Origin: Felis catus
Lineage: Eukaryota
NCBI RefSeq assembly: GCF_018350175.1
Contig: NC_058369.1
Span: 27,282,001-27,346,000, forward strand
Length of the DNA stretch: 64,000 bases
Direction: 5' to 3'
A program made the position numbers and the translations under genes. This document shows, one piece after another, positions 1 through 13,146 of the stretch. Every line of letters begins with the position of its first letter. Within the stretch, counting starts at the first letter, position 1. The notes under the pieces were generated by a model, which was given only the letters and a program-made list of their open reading frames with translations, was not told the DNA's origin and did no database searches.

Positions 1-1269
1 TTTGTTGTGAAATCCTCTGTCAAAATTAATTAAGGGAACCACATAATTATAATTTATGCATCTAGATGGCCCCCGATGGTTTGTTTATTAATATGGGATT
101 CGTTTTGAAACATCTGAAATAGCAATGAAAAGACTAAATGGCCTTTTTAGGGGGAATAAATCTTAGAGAGCTAAAAGAATCTTTGATTTAATTATAACTT
201 CATGGCAGTTATGGTTAGGATGGGGACATTCCCCCCTTTAAACTTGATCATATTAGGTGTGAATCCTCCAATTAGGGGCCCTTGGATGGGAGGCCCTACG
301 GAAAAGCCAGTATTACTTTTAAACTCTGGCCACATAACCAACAAACCTATTACAGGTGGCAAGGCTTGTAGGAGATAATTGCCAGCCCCCAGGTTCACAG
401 GGAGGTGCTTGCTTCGAGATTGGGCTCCTCTGGCCCTTGATAAACACAGTTATCACTAACACACACATGCTGCTGAATATATTATTTCACTCACCAAATG
501 GAGATTTAAAATGACTTTGCAACATGCCAAATTAGGTTAATTATCTTTTAAGAGTGTTTTGGAAAAAACTCTAAATGTTCTATTCTAAGGCTGCAGGGAA
601 CCTGGCATGAGCTGGCCTTTCTTTATTTATTTAAAAAAATCACTTATTTTTTCCTCCTGCTTTCATTACTATTCTTTGCTTCCGCAGACACGCAGCAAAT
701 ATCTCTCGTGGCACCCTCTTCCTCTGCCAGCCTAGTGTCCCTTCCATGGAGACCAAGGTCCTGTTGGAGAACCTCCCCTTCCTCATTCTCCATTCTTACC
801 CACTGTGTCCTGGGAGAAGCCATAACTGAGCTCAGTTCTGGTTCTTGAAGATGCCCACCCATTTCCGTTATCCTGACATTTTGACAAAGACATCTCAGTT
901 CAGCAAGGAGCCTCACGAGGCCAGAAGCAGGGACTTCTTCATCAGAGAATCCTAGCATGGGCACAAGCTCAGGAGGCAGGCTCCAATGGGTATGTGTCTA
1001 ATGGATGCCAGTGAAGTGTATCCACGCCACCAGAATGTAGTTGGCACTCAGTTGCTGGAATGGTGAACTGTGGGACTTCTTAGCTTAAAATTCCTTAAAC
1101 CTTTTTGCTTTCTGTGGGATAGAGTGAAAACTCTAATAGCACCTACAACGTCCCCCACCAGACTCCTGCCATGCCACTCTCAGTCTCTTTTAGCGTTTAA
1201 CCCATTAGAGGTTCTCAAGACCCTGAAGGTATCAAGCGTCTCCTTGCTGTTGCATTTCCAACATGCTCT

Positions 1270-1620
1270 TCGCTTTCCCTGAGGAGTCTTCTCCTCTCCA
1301 TCTCTACCTTCCATGTCCCTTTGCTGGTCAACTCCTGCTGCACTTGAGTTCTCTGCTTTGATCTTCTCTATGAAACCTCTCTGAGCCCCCAGTGCTGGTT
1401 CAGGCTTGTGTCTGTTTCCACAGCATCTCCTACCACCCCCACACTCCCAAATTACCCAGAACCTTCACCTTCAAGAGTGTGAGCTCATTGAGGACAGATA
1501 TCTTTCCTGTCTTATCTACTGTTGGATCCCTGGCCCGTATGCCCTTCCTAGAGCAGCTACTCAGTTGTCTGGTGTTGAAAGACTTAGTTGCCTCTGCATG
1601 TTCGTAGGTGAGTTAAATTG
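1270..1620 (+). mobile_element. L2 3' fragment
   Basis: TCTATGAAACCTCTCTGAGCCCCC...AGAGTGTGAGCTCATTGAGGACAG. Confidence 0.55.
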
Positions 1621-2199
1621 TCATCAGAGAGAATAAGCCTCCAGACTTGGGGGCCTCATTAAGAATAGAATATTAACTCTGGAAGAACCTGAGCAGAAAG
1701 ACTTGAGAGGTGTATGGATTGCAGAGATTCTGCCATTATGGTAGCTGAGAAATGTCTTTGTCCTATGGGATCAGCAGCGTGCTGAGGGTGACTTCTAGAG
1801 CAGCTGATATTGGCATATCAGGATCTTCTAAGTAATCTGACTTAAACGGTGCTCTAGTACCAAAGGCTGGTGATCTTTGAAGTCTGTGAACTCCTAGAAT
1901 TAAACGAAAAGTCTTGTGTGTGAATGATAGAAGTAGTTATCCATCTCTGAAAACCTCCGCCCCTTTCCTCTTCCATACCCCATTAATTAGGATTTCCAAT
2001 CTTTTGTTTACCTTTTCTCACCTTTTCTATGTCACAAAGTAGAAGGAGTTGCTTAAGTAACTCTGTTGGTAAAGAATTCTGAATGCATTTGTCTCTTTGA
2101 AAGATCTCGGAATATTTCATCTCACCCTTTGGCATTACTACCAGAAAATTCCTTTCTGGGAACATGTGAGAACTTGTTTCAGTCGATGTAGTAAGGATC

Positions 2200-2460
2200 A
2201 TCTCTAAGTTGAGGGAGACTGAGGCCCAGAAGGAGAGGCTTGCCCAATAGCATGCAGCCAGTAAGAGGTGAAGTCAGTATTTGAACCTAAAGAGTTGGTT
2301 TCTAGAACCCATGTTCTTACTTAATACATTATTATAGGTGATCTTGCAGGCCTCATTTCACAGATAAGAAAAGTATGGGTGAGAAAAGCTAAGGAACTTA
2401 ACCATGGTCACCCTGTTCTGTGATTCGCAGAACCAGGCTTGAAACCAGACCTGGTTCCCC
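2200..2460 (-). mobile_element. Two adjacent MIR fragments
   Basis: GAGGGAGACTGAGGCCCAGA...ATTTGAACC; CTCATTTCACAGATAAGAAAA...GGTCAC. Confidence 0.65.
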
Positions 2461-3149
2461 TGTCAGTGCTGGTGACCCCTCAGGCTGTTCTACCTCCTGG
2501 TGGTCATTGGCAGCTGGTATCTTCTGGTTCAGACCCAGGTCCTTAGAAAACCCTCTGGAGGTTCTACTGATAATTTCCTATCTTAGCCGTACGAATGCTT
2601 CAACATGGGATAGCTTCTACCTGAGAGCAACTTTTGCTTCCCCATCCTCCATGAGGCAGCCACACTGTGTACTCAGTCCCACTGCATCTGTGATTAATGC
2701 CACTCTCAGTGGGTGTTCTAAAGGCAGTAACTTTGGTAAATTGTCTTAAGGGAGCTAGTGCAATGTGATTCCTCATTAGCTGTGAAAGTTGGTGCAAACA
2801 TTCCTAGAACCACTGGAGGTATTAGATCCTGAACTCTCTGGGCATAGAGTAGCTCTCTGTTCTTCACTATTTTTAAGGACAGTGTTCTAAGCTGCAGAGT
2901 GAGCTAGGACACTGAACCAAGGGGATCTTTTAAATAGTATTTTTAATCATGAACCATTCCAAGTGTTCTCTTCTGGCAAGATCTTTTCTCCAGATCACTG
3001 TATTTGTAGGCCAAAAGTGACTATGGTTCAGCTGGGTTTGGTATGTCTGAAACTATTGGCCACTGGCAGCATTCATGTCTCCTGCTGACCTTCTTGACAA
3101 GAATATTACGCTGCTATGCTATAAATGGCATTACTTGTTCTTGTTCAAT

Positions 3150-3720
3150 AATTATTCATTGTAGGTCAATAATGTGCCAGGCATAGAGATACAGGGTAAA
3201 CTAGATAGTTAAGATCCTTCCTTTGGAGGCTCTGGACAATAAACAGAGATAAAGGAAAAGAAAGACAGCTGTGCAGTGAGCTATGTGCTATGAAGGACAT
3301 AAGCGAGGGAGCAGTGATAGTGACTGCAAGGATGTACCTAAATACCAAGGACCATTAGAGGTGGCCTCTTTATGGAGGTTCTATTTATAGGAAAACTGAA
3401 CTAGGAGAGAAAACTAGGGGGAAGCATTCCAGGCAGAGGAAATAGCACATACAAAGACGCTGAGGTGGGGAAAAAGCCTGGCAGTGTTGAGAAACTGAAG
3501 ACAGAGAATACCAGCTGGAGAGTCAGGCATGAGAGGCAGTTGTCATTCACATGACAGCGTCTTACTGTTGGGGAAGTAGGTGGGGTCTGGGTTGTGTAGG
3601 ACCATGTGGGTGTTGGTACATGGGCAGGGATATTAGTAAGCCACTGCAACCTTTTAGAGAATCTATATGATATCATTGATAATTTTGAAAGCTCCCTCTG
3701 GCTCTTGTGTCAAGATTGGA
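3150..3720 (-). mobile_element. L2 fragment
   Basis: ATGTGCCAGGCA...GAAGCATTCCAGGCAGAGGAAATAGCACATACAAAG...AGCTCCCTCTGGCT. Confidence 0.75.
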
Positions 3721-3739
3721 TTGGACTGGAAACTGCAAA

Positions 3740-4778
3740 GTGTTGCTGAAAGAAATCTTAGAAGACCTAAATAGAAAGACAACCTGTGTTTGTGAATTGG
3801 AAGACGTAGAAGCATGAAAATGATAAGGCTCCCCAGAGAAATATACAGATTCAGTGTAATCCCTATTAAAAAAATGAGGGCTTTTTTTTTTCAGAAATAG
3901 AAAAAGTAATCCTAAAATTTATGTGAAATCTCAAGGGACCTCAAATGACCAAAGCAGTGTTGAAAAAGAACAAAGATAATTTAGACTTCCTGGTTTCAGA
4001 ATTATACAAACTCCAGTAAACAAAATAGTGTGGGATTGGCATAAGGGAAGACATATAGACCAGTGGAATAGAATAGAGCGCCTAGAAGGAAAGCCTAACA
4101 TATAAGATCAAATGATTTTTGACAAGGATGTCAAGACCATTCAATGGGGGTAGAATGTGTCTTTTCATCAAATAGTGCTGGGAAAACTGGATATCCACAT
4201 GCAAAAGGATGAAGTTGGATCCTTACTTTACAATATACACAAAAATTAACCCCGAAGGAATCAAAGATATAAACATAAGAGCTAAAACTATAAAATTCTT
4301 AGAAGAAAATAAAGGGAAAGCATCAGGAGATTTGACTTGACCATGACTTTTTTCATATGACACTAAAGCCACAGGCAACAAAAGAAAAATAAGACTTCAT
4401 TAAAATTAAAAAGTTGTGTGCAACCAAGAACACTACCAAGAGAATGGAAATGGAACCAACAAAATGAGAAAAATGACTGTAAATCATGTATCTGACAAAG
4501 GATTAATATCCAGAATATATTAAACCTTAACAACAACAAACTCCAATAAGCCCAATTTAAAAATAGGCAGAGACTCCTGGGTGGCACTGTATGTTAAGCA
4601 TCTGACTCAATTTCTGCTCAGGTCATGATCTCAGGGTTTTGGGATCAAACCCTGAATTGGGCTCCACACTATCAGTAGGGATGTCAGCTAAGGATTCTCT
4701 TTCTCTGCCCCTCCCCTGCCTGTGTGCTCGCATGCTCGTGCCCTCTTTCCCTCTCCCTCTCCCTCCCCCTCCCTCCTT

Positions 4779-4832
<54 letters not shown>

Positions 4833-5703
4833 ATGAATAAATAAAAAAAATAAAAATGGTCAAAGGACTTGAATAGACATTTCTCCAGTAAAAACATACA
4901 AATGGCCAACAAGCACATGAAAAGATGTTCAACATCATTATTCATTGGGGGAATGCAAATCAAAACCACAACAAGATAGTATTTCACATCTGTTAGGATG
5001 GTTATTACCAAAAAAAAAAAAAAAATAGAAAACAGGATGTGAAGAAATTGGGACCCTTGTATATTGCTGGTGGGAATGTAAAATGTTACAGCTGCTTTGG
5101 AAAACAGTTATGGTAGTTCTTCAAACAATTAAAAAAGAGGTACAATATGATTCAGCAACTCTACTTGTGGATCTATGCCCCAAAGAATTGAAAGCAGAGA
5201 CTCAGATACTTGTCTATCAGTGTTCACAGTTATTCAAAGTTGCCAAAAGATGGGAACAACCCCAATGTCCATCAAAAAATGAATAAAAAAGTTTGTGTAT
5301 GTGTGTGTATGTACACATGCATGCACACACAGTGAAATATTATTCAGTCTTTTAAAGGAGAGAAATTCTGACATGTGCCACAACATCGATAAACTTTGAA
5401 AACATGCTAAGTGGAATAAGCCAGACATAAAAGGATATATATTGTATAATTCCACTTATGTGAAATACCTAGAAAAGACAAATTCATACAGTCAAAAAGT
5501 AGAGTAGATGTTTCCAGGGTCTAGGGGAAGTTATTTAATGTGTACAGGATTTCAGTTTGTGTTGATGAAAAGTTCTGGAGATGAATAGTGGTGATGGTTG
5601 CACAACATTGTGAATGTAGGTAATCACATTGGATTGTATATGTACAGTGGTGGCAGTGATCAATTTTATGTTAGGTATATTTTATTTCAATTAAATGAAA
5701 AAA
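3740..5703 (+). mobile_element. L1MB-type LINE-1 3' fragment (ORF2 end and 3'UTR), interrupted by a CanSINE
   Basis: L1 ORF2-end motifs (GGGAAAACTGGATATCCACATGCAAAAG; AATAGACATTTCTCC; AAGCACATGAAAAGATGTTCAACATCA) and L1MB-like 3' end GATGAAAAGTTCTGGAGATGAATAGTGGTGATGGTTGCACAACATTGTGAATGTA with A-rich tail. Confidence 0.9.
4570..4855 (+). mobile_element. CanSINE with long (CT)n tract, nested in L1
   Basis: Head CCTGGGTGGC, CTCAGGTCATGATCTCAGGG, (CT)n at about 4784-4829, AATAAA and A tail. Confidence 0.92.
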
Positions 5704-5890
5704 ATATTGGGTTGGAAGAAGGGAAAATAGATAGATAGATATAAACAGGTATACTGGTAAGGAAGAATTTTGCACAGGGCTAAGTTAAGAGAGGATGACA
5801 TCTTAGGTTAGGGTAAGGGCAGGTGAAATGAAGAAAGAATTTTTGGCAGGGGAGTGTTATTTGTAGGTTTGGAATATCACCCATTAAGGG

Positions 5891-5947
5891 TTTATTTTTT
5901 ATTATTTATTTATTTATTTATCTATTTATTTATTTATTTATTTTTAT
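5891..5947. repeat. (TTTA)n simple repeat
   Basis: Direct reading. Confidence 0.9.
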
Positions 5948-6803
5948 CATGAGGCAAAATAAAAATACCTCTCATTGAAAGATATTTTACTTTGGGAAAA
6001 TTCTGTCATTACAGTGGCTTAAGTATCTGTAGATGCTTACCCAGTTTGAGTAGAAAGTTGATTGGGTGTTAAGTTACTCGCATTGACTTTTGACATTTCT
6101 ATGTTCCTCCTTTGGTAATTCTTCTACCCTTGGTTTACCTGTCTGGTACAAGGAAAACTAGCATTAGTGTTAAGGGTCTCTGACTCCATGGTCTTACCTG
6201 TAAATAAATTCCCCCAAATTCTCAGCAGACACTTGTTTTTGAGAGGCAAGTTAGCATATAAAATATTGATTTTAATGTAGTATTTGCATTGCAAATTAGC
6301 TCTTTGGAATAAGTAGAGTTTTTGTTGTTGTTTTTGTTTGTTTGTTTGTTTGTTTTGGATCCTCAAAGGATGACAAAACAGCTTTTATTTCTTACCAGCT
6401 TGTGTCTCTGAGATTTACACAAAATCTTACTGGAGGCCCTCACACAAAGGTTTGGGCAAATGGTCACAATTTCCTGAAGTGATAGTTTTTCTCCCTGTGC
6501 TAAGAGGAGAGTCACAGTGGATATTGTAGAGGTTCATTTTGGAAAGCATACTCCTTCTGAAGCCTGTTCATTAAAGCAAAGAGAAATACTTTAATGACTC
6601 CTGTGTGCAGATTGGACCCTGATTTCTGGAGTGGAACAGCTGTGTTGGTATTACAGTGGGTAGAAGGGCTGCAGTGCCTTGTTTAGACCTGGGATGAACT
6701 GATTGGAGGATGATGAGTGGGGTTTGGACAGCCACCGTGGGACTGAGAGGCTGATCCCACAGTGTTTTATGCTCATGGCCAACATCAGAAAGGGGGCCAG
6801 GTT

Positions 6804-7029
6804 GGGGCGCCTGGGTGGCTTAGTGGCGTCTGACTCTTGGTTTTGGCTCAGGTCATGATCTCATGGATTTGGGGTTTGAGCCCTGCATCAGGCTGTGCAC
6901 TGACAGTGCAGAGCCTGCTTGGGATTCTCTCTCTCTCCCCTTCTCTGCCCCTGGCTCATGCACATGCGATCATTCTCTGTCTCTGTCTCTGTCTCTCTTT
7001 CTCAAAAAATAAACATACATTTGAAAAAA
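6804..7029 (+). mobile_element. CanSINE
   Basis: GGGGCGCCTGGGTGGCT head, GGCTCAGGTCATGATCTC, CT-rich segment, AAAAATAAACAT tail. Confidence 0.93.
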
Positions 7030-7299
7030 GGGTGGGGGCATGTGTCAGTAGGGAACCCAACCCACAGGTACTGAGTTCCATCCTAAAGAAAACAATCTCC
7101 TTGAGAAGGTGGTGAGGATTCAGGGGCTTTTGCAAAAGATTTTATAGTTATTTTCTTTTTTACTTTTAAAACCACACAGTCTTCCTAGGCTGTCTTGAGT
7201 TTATGGGGGAAAACTTGTAATGCCTATTATGAAAATAACAGTGGCCATTGTAGCTCTCCATAAATATTAACTAACATGCCAGGGACTGTGTTAAGAATC

Positions 7300-7659
7300 T
7301 GTTACAAACTGAGTTGTGTTACCTTACAGTTTATATGTTGAAGCCCTAACCCCAAATGTGATTGTGTTTGGAGAGAGTGATTTTAGGGAGGTAAGTAAGG
7401 TTAAATGCGGTCATAATGGTAGGGCTGTAATGGAGTAGGACAGGTATTCTTATAAGAAGAGACAGAGAGATGTGGGGGAGGTGCATACTAAGAAGGCAGC
7501 TATCAGCAAGCTACGATGTGAGGTCTAAACCAGATAGTGACCCTACTGGTACCTTGATGTTAGATTTCCAGTCTCCAGAACCATGAGAAGATAAATTTCT
7601 GTTGTTTAAGCCACCCTGCCTGTGGTATTGTGTTTTAGCAGCCTAAGCCAACTGATACA
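7300..7659 (+). mobile_element. MLT1A-like MaLR solo LTR inserted in a MIR
   Basis: TG...CA ends, ATATGTTGAAGCCCTAACCCC, ATAAATTTCTGTTGTTTAAGCCACCC; 5-bp TSD GAATC (7295-7299) / GGATC (7660-7664); MIR pieces on both flanks. Confidence 0.88.
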
Positions 7660-8674
7660 GGATCCTATGTAATTTATCCCACCTAATCCTCACAAGGAAC
7701 CTATAAGATAGATAGTATTTTCCCAATTTTACAGACGAAGACACACACTTCAGGTTGAAGGCAGCCTCTTAAACTTTGTGAGTCATGGTTGCACTCAAGA
7801 AACATTCTTTCCTTGCTTCAAACGGCTTACTTTCTGTTCCTGTGATACTAGATATGGTGTTTTACCTTCCATGGATCACCATCGCCTGCTAAGGCAGCTC
7901 GTACATAGCAGGTCCTCATAGTCTCATTGAACAAAAGATGGAGAGGCACTGCAGGTGAAAGTTAATGTGGAGTTCTTTGGATCATCACCCACTTAATTTT
8001 GTTGATTTAACATATTATATTTTCTCTACATAAGGTAAGCATTGCCCAGATAGAAAATTCAGCTGCATATCATGAGTGATTGACTTAATGTATCCTGAGG
8101 GGAAATTATGTTTCTTGGGCAATTCATTGCAAAGAAAAGATACAGAAAGACAACCTGTGCACAACTGAGGTTTTTAGGCAGGGAAGTGGCTATTTGGTTA
8201 TTTTTCAAACTAAGAAGCTCATTTATGTCAACAGTGTTTTCCAAGGGTCATCTTGCTCACTTACCTCCAGAACTGAGTTGAGTGCAAAAAGCCTTTGGTC
8301 CATGTTCTCAATTATGTTTACTTCCTGGTGACTGACACTAGTGAACCCTAAGTCTTTGGGAAGAAATCCTTCCCCAGGTGACATTGTTGTCATTCATCTG
8401 AAGAGCCTCTTCTATGCCTTTTCTCCTCAGCTCCGAAAGAAAATTTTCTCAAGTCAACATGTACATGCCTTTTGCTTCCCTTTGTAATACCGTTACTAAA
8501 AGAGGTAAATTATTCTAATCTCCTTAGATGTTGGTTCAAGATAACAGATTACACATTAAAAATCCCAATTTTTAAGAACAAATTCACTGGGACTTCCCTG
8601 TTTTCCAGTACATGGCTCTATATTGTCACGTGATAGCTGAGCAAATTAGACTTGTTAAATAAAGAAAGACATTC

Positions 8675-8878
8675 TTTTTTTTTTAATGTTTATTCATTTT
8701 GACAGGGTGCGAATGAGCAGAGGAGGTGCAGAGAGAGGGGGAGAGAGAGAATTCCAAGCAGGCTCTACGCTGTCAGTGCAGAGCCCGATGCAGGTCTCAA
8801 ACCCACCAACCGTGAGATCATGACCTTAGCTGAAACCAAGAGTTGGACACTCAAATGACGGAGCCACCCAGGTACCCC
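8675..8878 (-). mobile_element. CanSINE
   Basis: T-rich tail TTTTAATGTTTATT, GAGATCATGACC, head ...GAGCCACCCAGGTACCCC. Confidence 0.92.
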
Positions 8879-8982
8879 TATAAGGTACCCCTATACAGAG
8901 TCATTCTTTAAAGAGATTTTTGGTCCTGGGTGAATAGAACTTAGAAAACTTGATGTACGACCATCCAAAATGAGCAAACATA

Positions 8983-9194
8983 GGGGTGCCTGGGTGTCTC
9001 AGTTGGTTAAGTGTCAGACTCTTGATTTCAGCTCAGGTCATGACCTTGTGGTTTGTGAGTTCGAGCCCTGCCCCAGGCTCTGTGCTGACAGCATGGAGCC
9101 TGCTTGAGATTCTGTCTCTCTCCCTTTCTCTTTGCCCCTCCCCCGTCCGTGCTGTCTCTGTCTCTCTCTCTCAAAATAAATAAGTAAATATTTA
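8983..9194 (+). mobile_element. CanSINE
   Basis: GGGGTGCCTGGGTG head; TSD AAAATGAGCAAACA at 8967-8980 and 9195-9208. Confidence 0.94.
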
Positions 9195-10439
9195 AAAATG
9201 AGCAAACACAGAACATCTTTTAGACATTGACTTCAACATACGTAGGTGTTTAAATAGTATTCACCTCTAGAGAGAGACTGAGATCAGGAAACCTGAAATT
9301 TGAATGTTAGTAAATTGTCTAAAACAGCATATGTATATACGTAATAAAACAACAGGATCCATTTTACGGATTCATAATCGAATGTGAGTTTTCAAGAATT
9401 CATTTCTTAAGGCGAGATAAATCTCTTTCCTCATGTTTTCTTGTCAAAAATCTCTTAACCCTTTTACTGCCTTCGAAGTGATACCTAAGCTTTTAGAATG
9501 CTAGACATGGAAGGGAGCTCAGAGGAAACAGAATCCAACTCCCTCATTAGTAAAATGAGGAAAATTGTATTACCTGATTTGTCCAAGGTCACACACCTAT
9601 TAATGGCAGGCTCAAAACTAAAACCCAGATGTCCCGATTCCCAGGAAACACAGACTTTGCTTCCAGTTGTAAAGGGGTAATTGCTTCCATCATTTGAAAT
9701 CGAGATATGTCTCATCCCAAGATGGATGTGTAATTGTCAAAGGCATCATCTGTTATTCTGCCAAAGATTCAACACACTACTCAGTGGGAAACCAGCTCTA
9801 ATTTAAGTCAGAGCAAATGACGTGTTTTTTGTTTTTTTATTTATTTTTTCCTATTGTGGGGCATGACAAGTTTCAAAAATAATGAGCTCCACTCACTAGA
9901 CTTCTTTTTGGCTTGAGTATTCTACTCTAGAATCATTCTTACTAATATCCTCTAAGGAGCTGAAGCATTATACACAGGTTCTCAGAGCCATGTTTTATTA
10001 TAAGGATCATTCATACCAGTTATGCATAAGCACATACCAATAGAAAGAGAAATTTGCTGTACCGCGTGCATGTGTTTAACTGAATGTGGACTGGTGTACT
10101 GAGGTTTGAGATCATATTAAGGTTCGGGCCTCATTTTTATGTAAACCTTTTCTGGCCGGAGGCATTTTTCTCATTATAACCCTCCCTGCTGCCGTTTCCT
10201 GCCATAAAGGGAGCTTATGGTCATGACTGGCTATTTTTCAACTCATTGAAAAATATCAAAAGGTAGATAGCTTATTAATGTCAAACATTTGAACATCTGG
10301 TTTAAATGGAGGGATGGAAACAAGTGCCTCTACAAACTTTCATCTATGGAAAGAGGTAAAATGTTATCTAAACCCCACACTGCTACTCAAATGCCACCAC
10401 CTTCTCCCCAAATGATTTGTGTCTGCTGCATGACCTAAA

Positions 10440-10621
10440 TAATGTTTCTCAACCCTTTTGGGACACAGGCTCTATAGAGCATTTAATGAAAGCCATAGAC
10501 TTCCTCCACCTACCCATACTTAATACTTATGGACACACACACACACCCAACGTTGCTCTTAATTTCAGAGGCCTTAGCAATGCTCTGATGTCTATCAAGG
10601 GGCTTTGAGTTAAGAAATCCT
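10440..10621. mobile_element. hAT-Charlie MITE (subfamily uncertain)
   Basis: Inverted termini TTTCTCAAC ... GTTAAGAAA; internal AATGAAAGCCATAGAC and AATTTCAGAGG. Confidence 0.55.
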
Positions 10622-11529
10622 AGTTAGTGTGTTAACTTTCTTTATTCTAGAATCCAGAACTTAGAGACTTTGGGGAAATCACAATTGATTTCTTGAGATT
10701 TAAACCATGAACATTGGTCGGTATCTGGTTACAGTCCACAGCAACTGAAATAAATTTCTTATCAATAATTATTTTATTGAGTAGTAGGTGTGTCATGCCA
10801 GGCAGCCTGGAAATGCTTGAGATACCCTAACTCAGAAGCATGTGGTCTAGTTAAAAACAAAGTCAAACTAGCACATAAAATGGTTGGTTAATCACAAAGT
10901 GTCGTATTTCACCATGTAGAGTTCAGAAGGCAAAGGAACCTCTTTGGGTCACAGTGATGAAAGTCTTTCCAGGGTGGAAGGAAATGATCTGTTGCTTGAA
11001 GCCCAAATATACTTTAGGTAGATGGAGGGATAGGGGAAGGATATTTTGAGCAAGGGAGCAGTGCCTTAGCAAAGCTATTGGGGAAAATGTCAAATCAGCA
11101 AGAATATGAATAACGATAAGTATATGCAACAATTTTTTCTATTCCTAAGCATCACCTAACATAAATCTTCAGAGCTGGTGGTACTATTGACCTAATTCTG
11201 ATGAGGAGGAGTGGTTATATAACCAATCAAACTAAATTGGCCACAGTTTAGAGTTGGACATACATTGTTTATTGAATGATGCTTTGTGTTCTCAGCTAAA
11301 AGATCTGCTTATTTTAACCTGGTCTCTGCAATTTTTTTCAATTTGATGTTATTTTCTGGGTGTCAGCAGCTCTTGGTGGGAGACCCAATATGTCTTCAAG
11401 TTCTACAATCTATCTTCTCTTTTTACTGATTTTTCTCATGGCTAATAAACACAAAAGTTAGATTTTTGTAGAGTCGAATATGTATATCCCTGCATTTGCA
11501 TATCCATATATACTCACACATGTGCAGAA

Positions 11530-11712
11530 AAACAGAAAAGGTATTTGAAGGTTTTATTCTAAAGTATTGGCAGGGGTTGCCTCTGGGGACTAGGGTTGGA
11601 AGGTGGTGATGGTAAAAGGAGAACTTTATTTTATTCTACATACTGCTGTATTGTTTGAACTCCTTACAATGAGCTTATATTACTTTTGTAATTAAAGAAA
11701 AAGAGAAAAAAG
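11530..11712 (+). mobile_element. L1ME 3'-terminal fragment
   Basis: GGTTGCCTCTGGGGA...TACTGCTGTATTGTTTGAA...TATATTACTTTTGTAATTAAAG plus A-rich tail. Confidence 0.65.
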
Positions 11713-12474
11713 GAAAGAAATTGAATTTGACATATCTCCAAGTAATATGAAGCCCTTTCATCCTTTTGAAGGTACAAAGAAAAACAATTGTGCCTCAAGG
11801 GAAATTTATTTTATCAGAACCTGTACTTTTTTTCCCCTTTAATCATGTAATGAAGCATCTTGCCCTGGATTTCCAGTAAGCTTGCTTTGTTTAAATATGC
11901 AGATCTCTGCTAATAATTTATGGTAACTGGAAGTCATATTTGTTAGACTGGCATCTCATTCAGACACTGGCATGCACATGTGCTTAGGTGATGTTGGTCC
12001 CCTTCTCTTTCTGTCTCTATATTATCCGGACTTCTGAAGATGATGTGCTGGCTTTCCCATAATCTCTCTTCCCCTCCATCCTGGGGTTAAGTAGGGGACA
12101 ATTTCCTGTACCATGCCCCAAGGCTGCAGGATGACCTGTAGAACCATGACCTTGGTGTCAGACTAGAGAATAGACATGCAATTTTGTTTGCTGTTGTGCT
12201 CAATGATGGTATATCATGCAAAAAATATATACATTGCCTCAGATGTATTTGATATTAATACCTGACTCATGAGTCTAAAAACCATACATTTAATGAAAAA
12301 TAAAGGCAGGAACACACAGAAACACTTTAAGATGATGTATGAAGAAGGCAGGAATATGGATGGTCTCTATTTTTTGACAACTGTAAATTGCTTCAGGAAG
12401 CAGAAAGAGTATGGTAAGGAAAGACTAGCCATGTACATTTTGGGGTGAGTATAATAAGGAGAAATAATGTAGAA

Positions 12475-12905
12475 GCAGTATGACATTGTAGTTAAGAACA
12501 TGGCTTCTGGCAGTCTAAATACTGCCTCCTCAACTTACTTAGCTTTTCTGTGCTTGAGTTTCCTCATCTGTAAAATAAAGTTGGTTATAGTGACTGCTCT
12601 CTGGGATTATTAGGAATTTTAAGGTTGTTTGTATTTATACAACATTTGCAATAGTGCCTGGTACACAGAAGGTTGTGATGAAAAATATAAACTAATATGT
12701 CCATCATCTAGTGAGCGATTAGTGCTTGCCAGACCCAACTGAATAGGCTGTATATGCCCTAGTTTATTCCTCAGAACCTTATAAGAGGCTTTATGATTGC
12801 TCTCATTTCACAGTTGAAGACAACAAAGCCCAGAAAGAATGAGTAGGCACAAAGAACAGAATTTAAATACAGGCAGTTAGATTTCAGAGCTCATGCTCTC
12901 AACTA
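12475..12905. mobile_element. Two MIRs tail to tail (+ about 12475-12670, - about 12690-12905)
   Basis: GAGTTTCCTCATCTGTAAAAT core on +; CTCATTTCACAGTTGAAGACAAC core on -. Confidence 0.7.
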
Positions 12906-12989
12906 TAATCATCTATTAGAGATAGAAAGGGAGAAAAAGGAAATTCTGATCTCAAACCAAGTATCTGCTCCATGGCTTAAAATATTGTA

Positions 12990-13146
12990 CAATGGGCACA
13001 GGGTTTCCTTTTGGGGTGATGAGAACCTATGGAGTTAGATCATGCTGATGCTGGCATAATATTGTGAATGTACTTAGTGCCACTGAATTGTTTACTTTAA
13101 AATGGTAAATTCTACCTTCTGTGTATTTTACTGCAATAATAAAGAA
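12990..13146 (+). mobile_element. L1MB 3'-terminal fragment
   Basis: GGGTTTCCTTTTGGGGTGATGA...ATTGTGAATGTACTTAGTGCCACTGAATTG...AAAATGGTAAATT. Confidence 0.8.

Noticed and set aside
4363..5455. Several ORFs with L1-like peptides
   Set aside because: Decayed L1 ORF2/3'UTR and SINE translations, not host genes.
6804..6880. Pol III A/B-box, tRNA-like sequence
   Set aside because: tRNA-derived CanSINE head, not a tRNA gene; the same holds for all SINE copies here.
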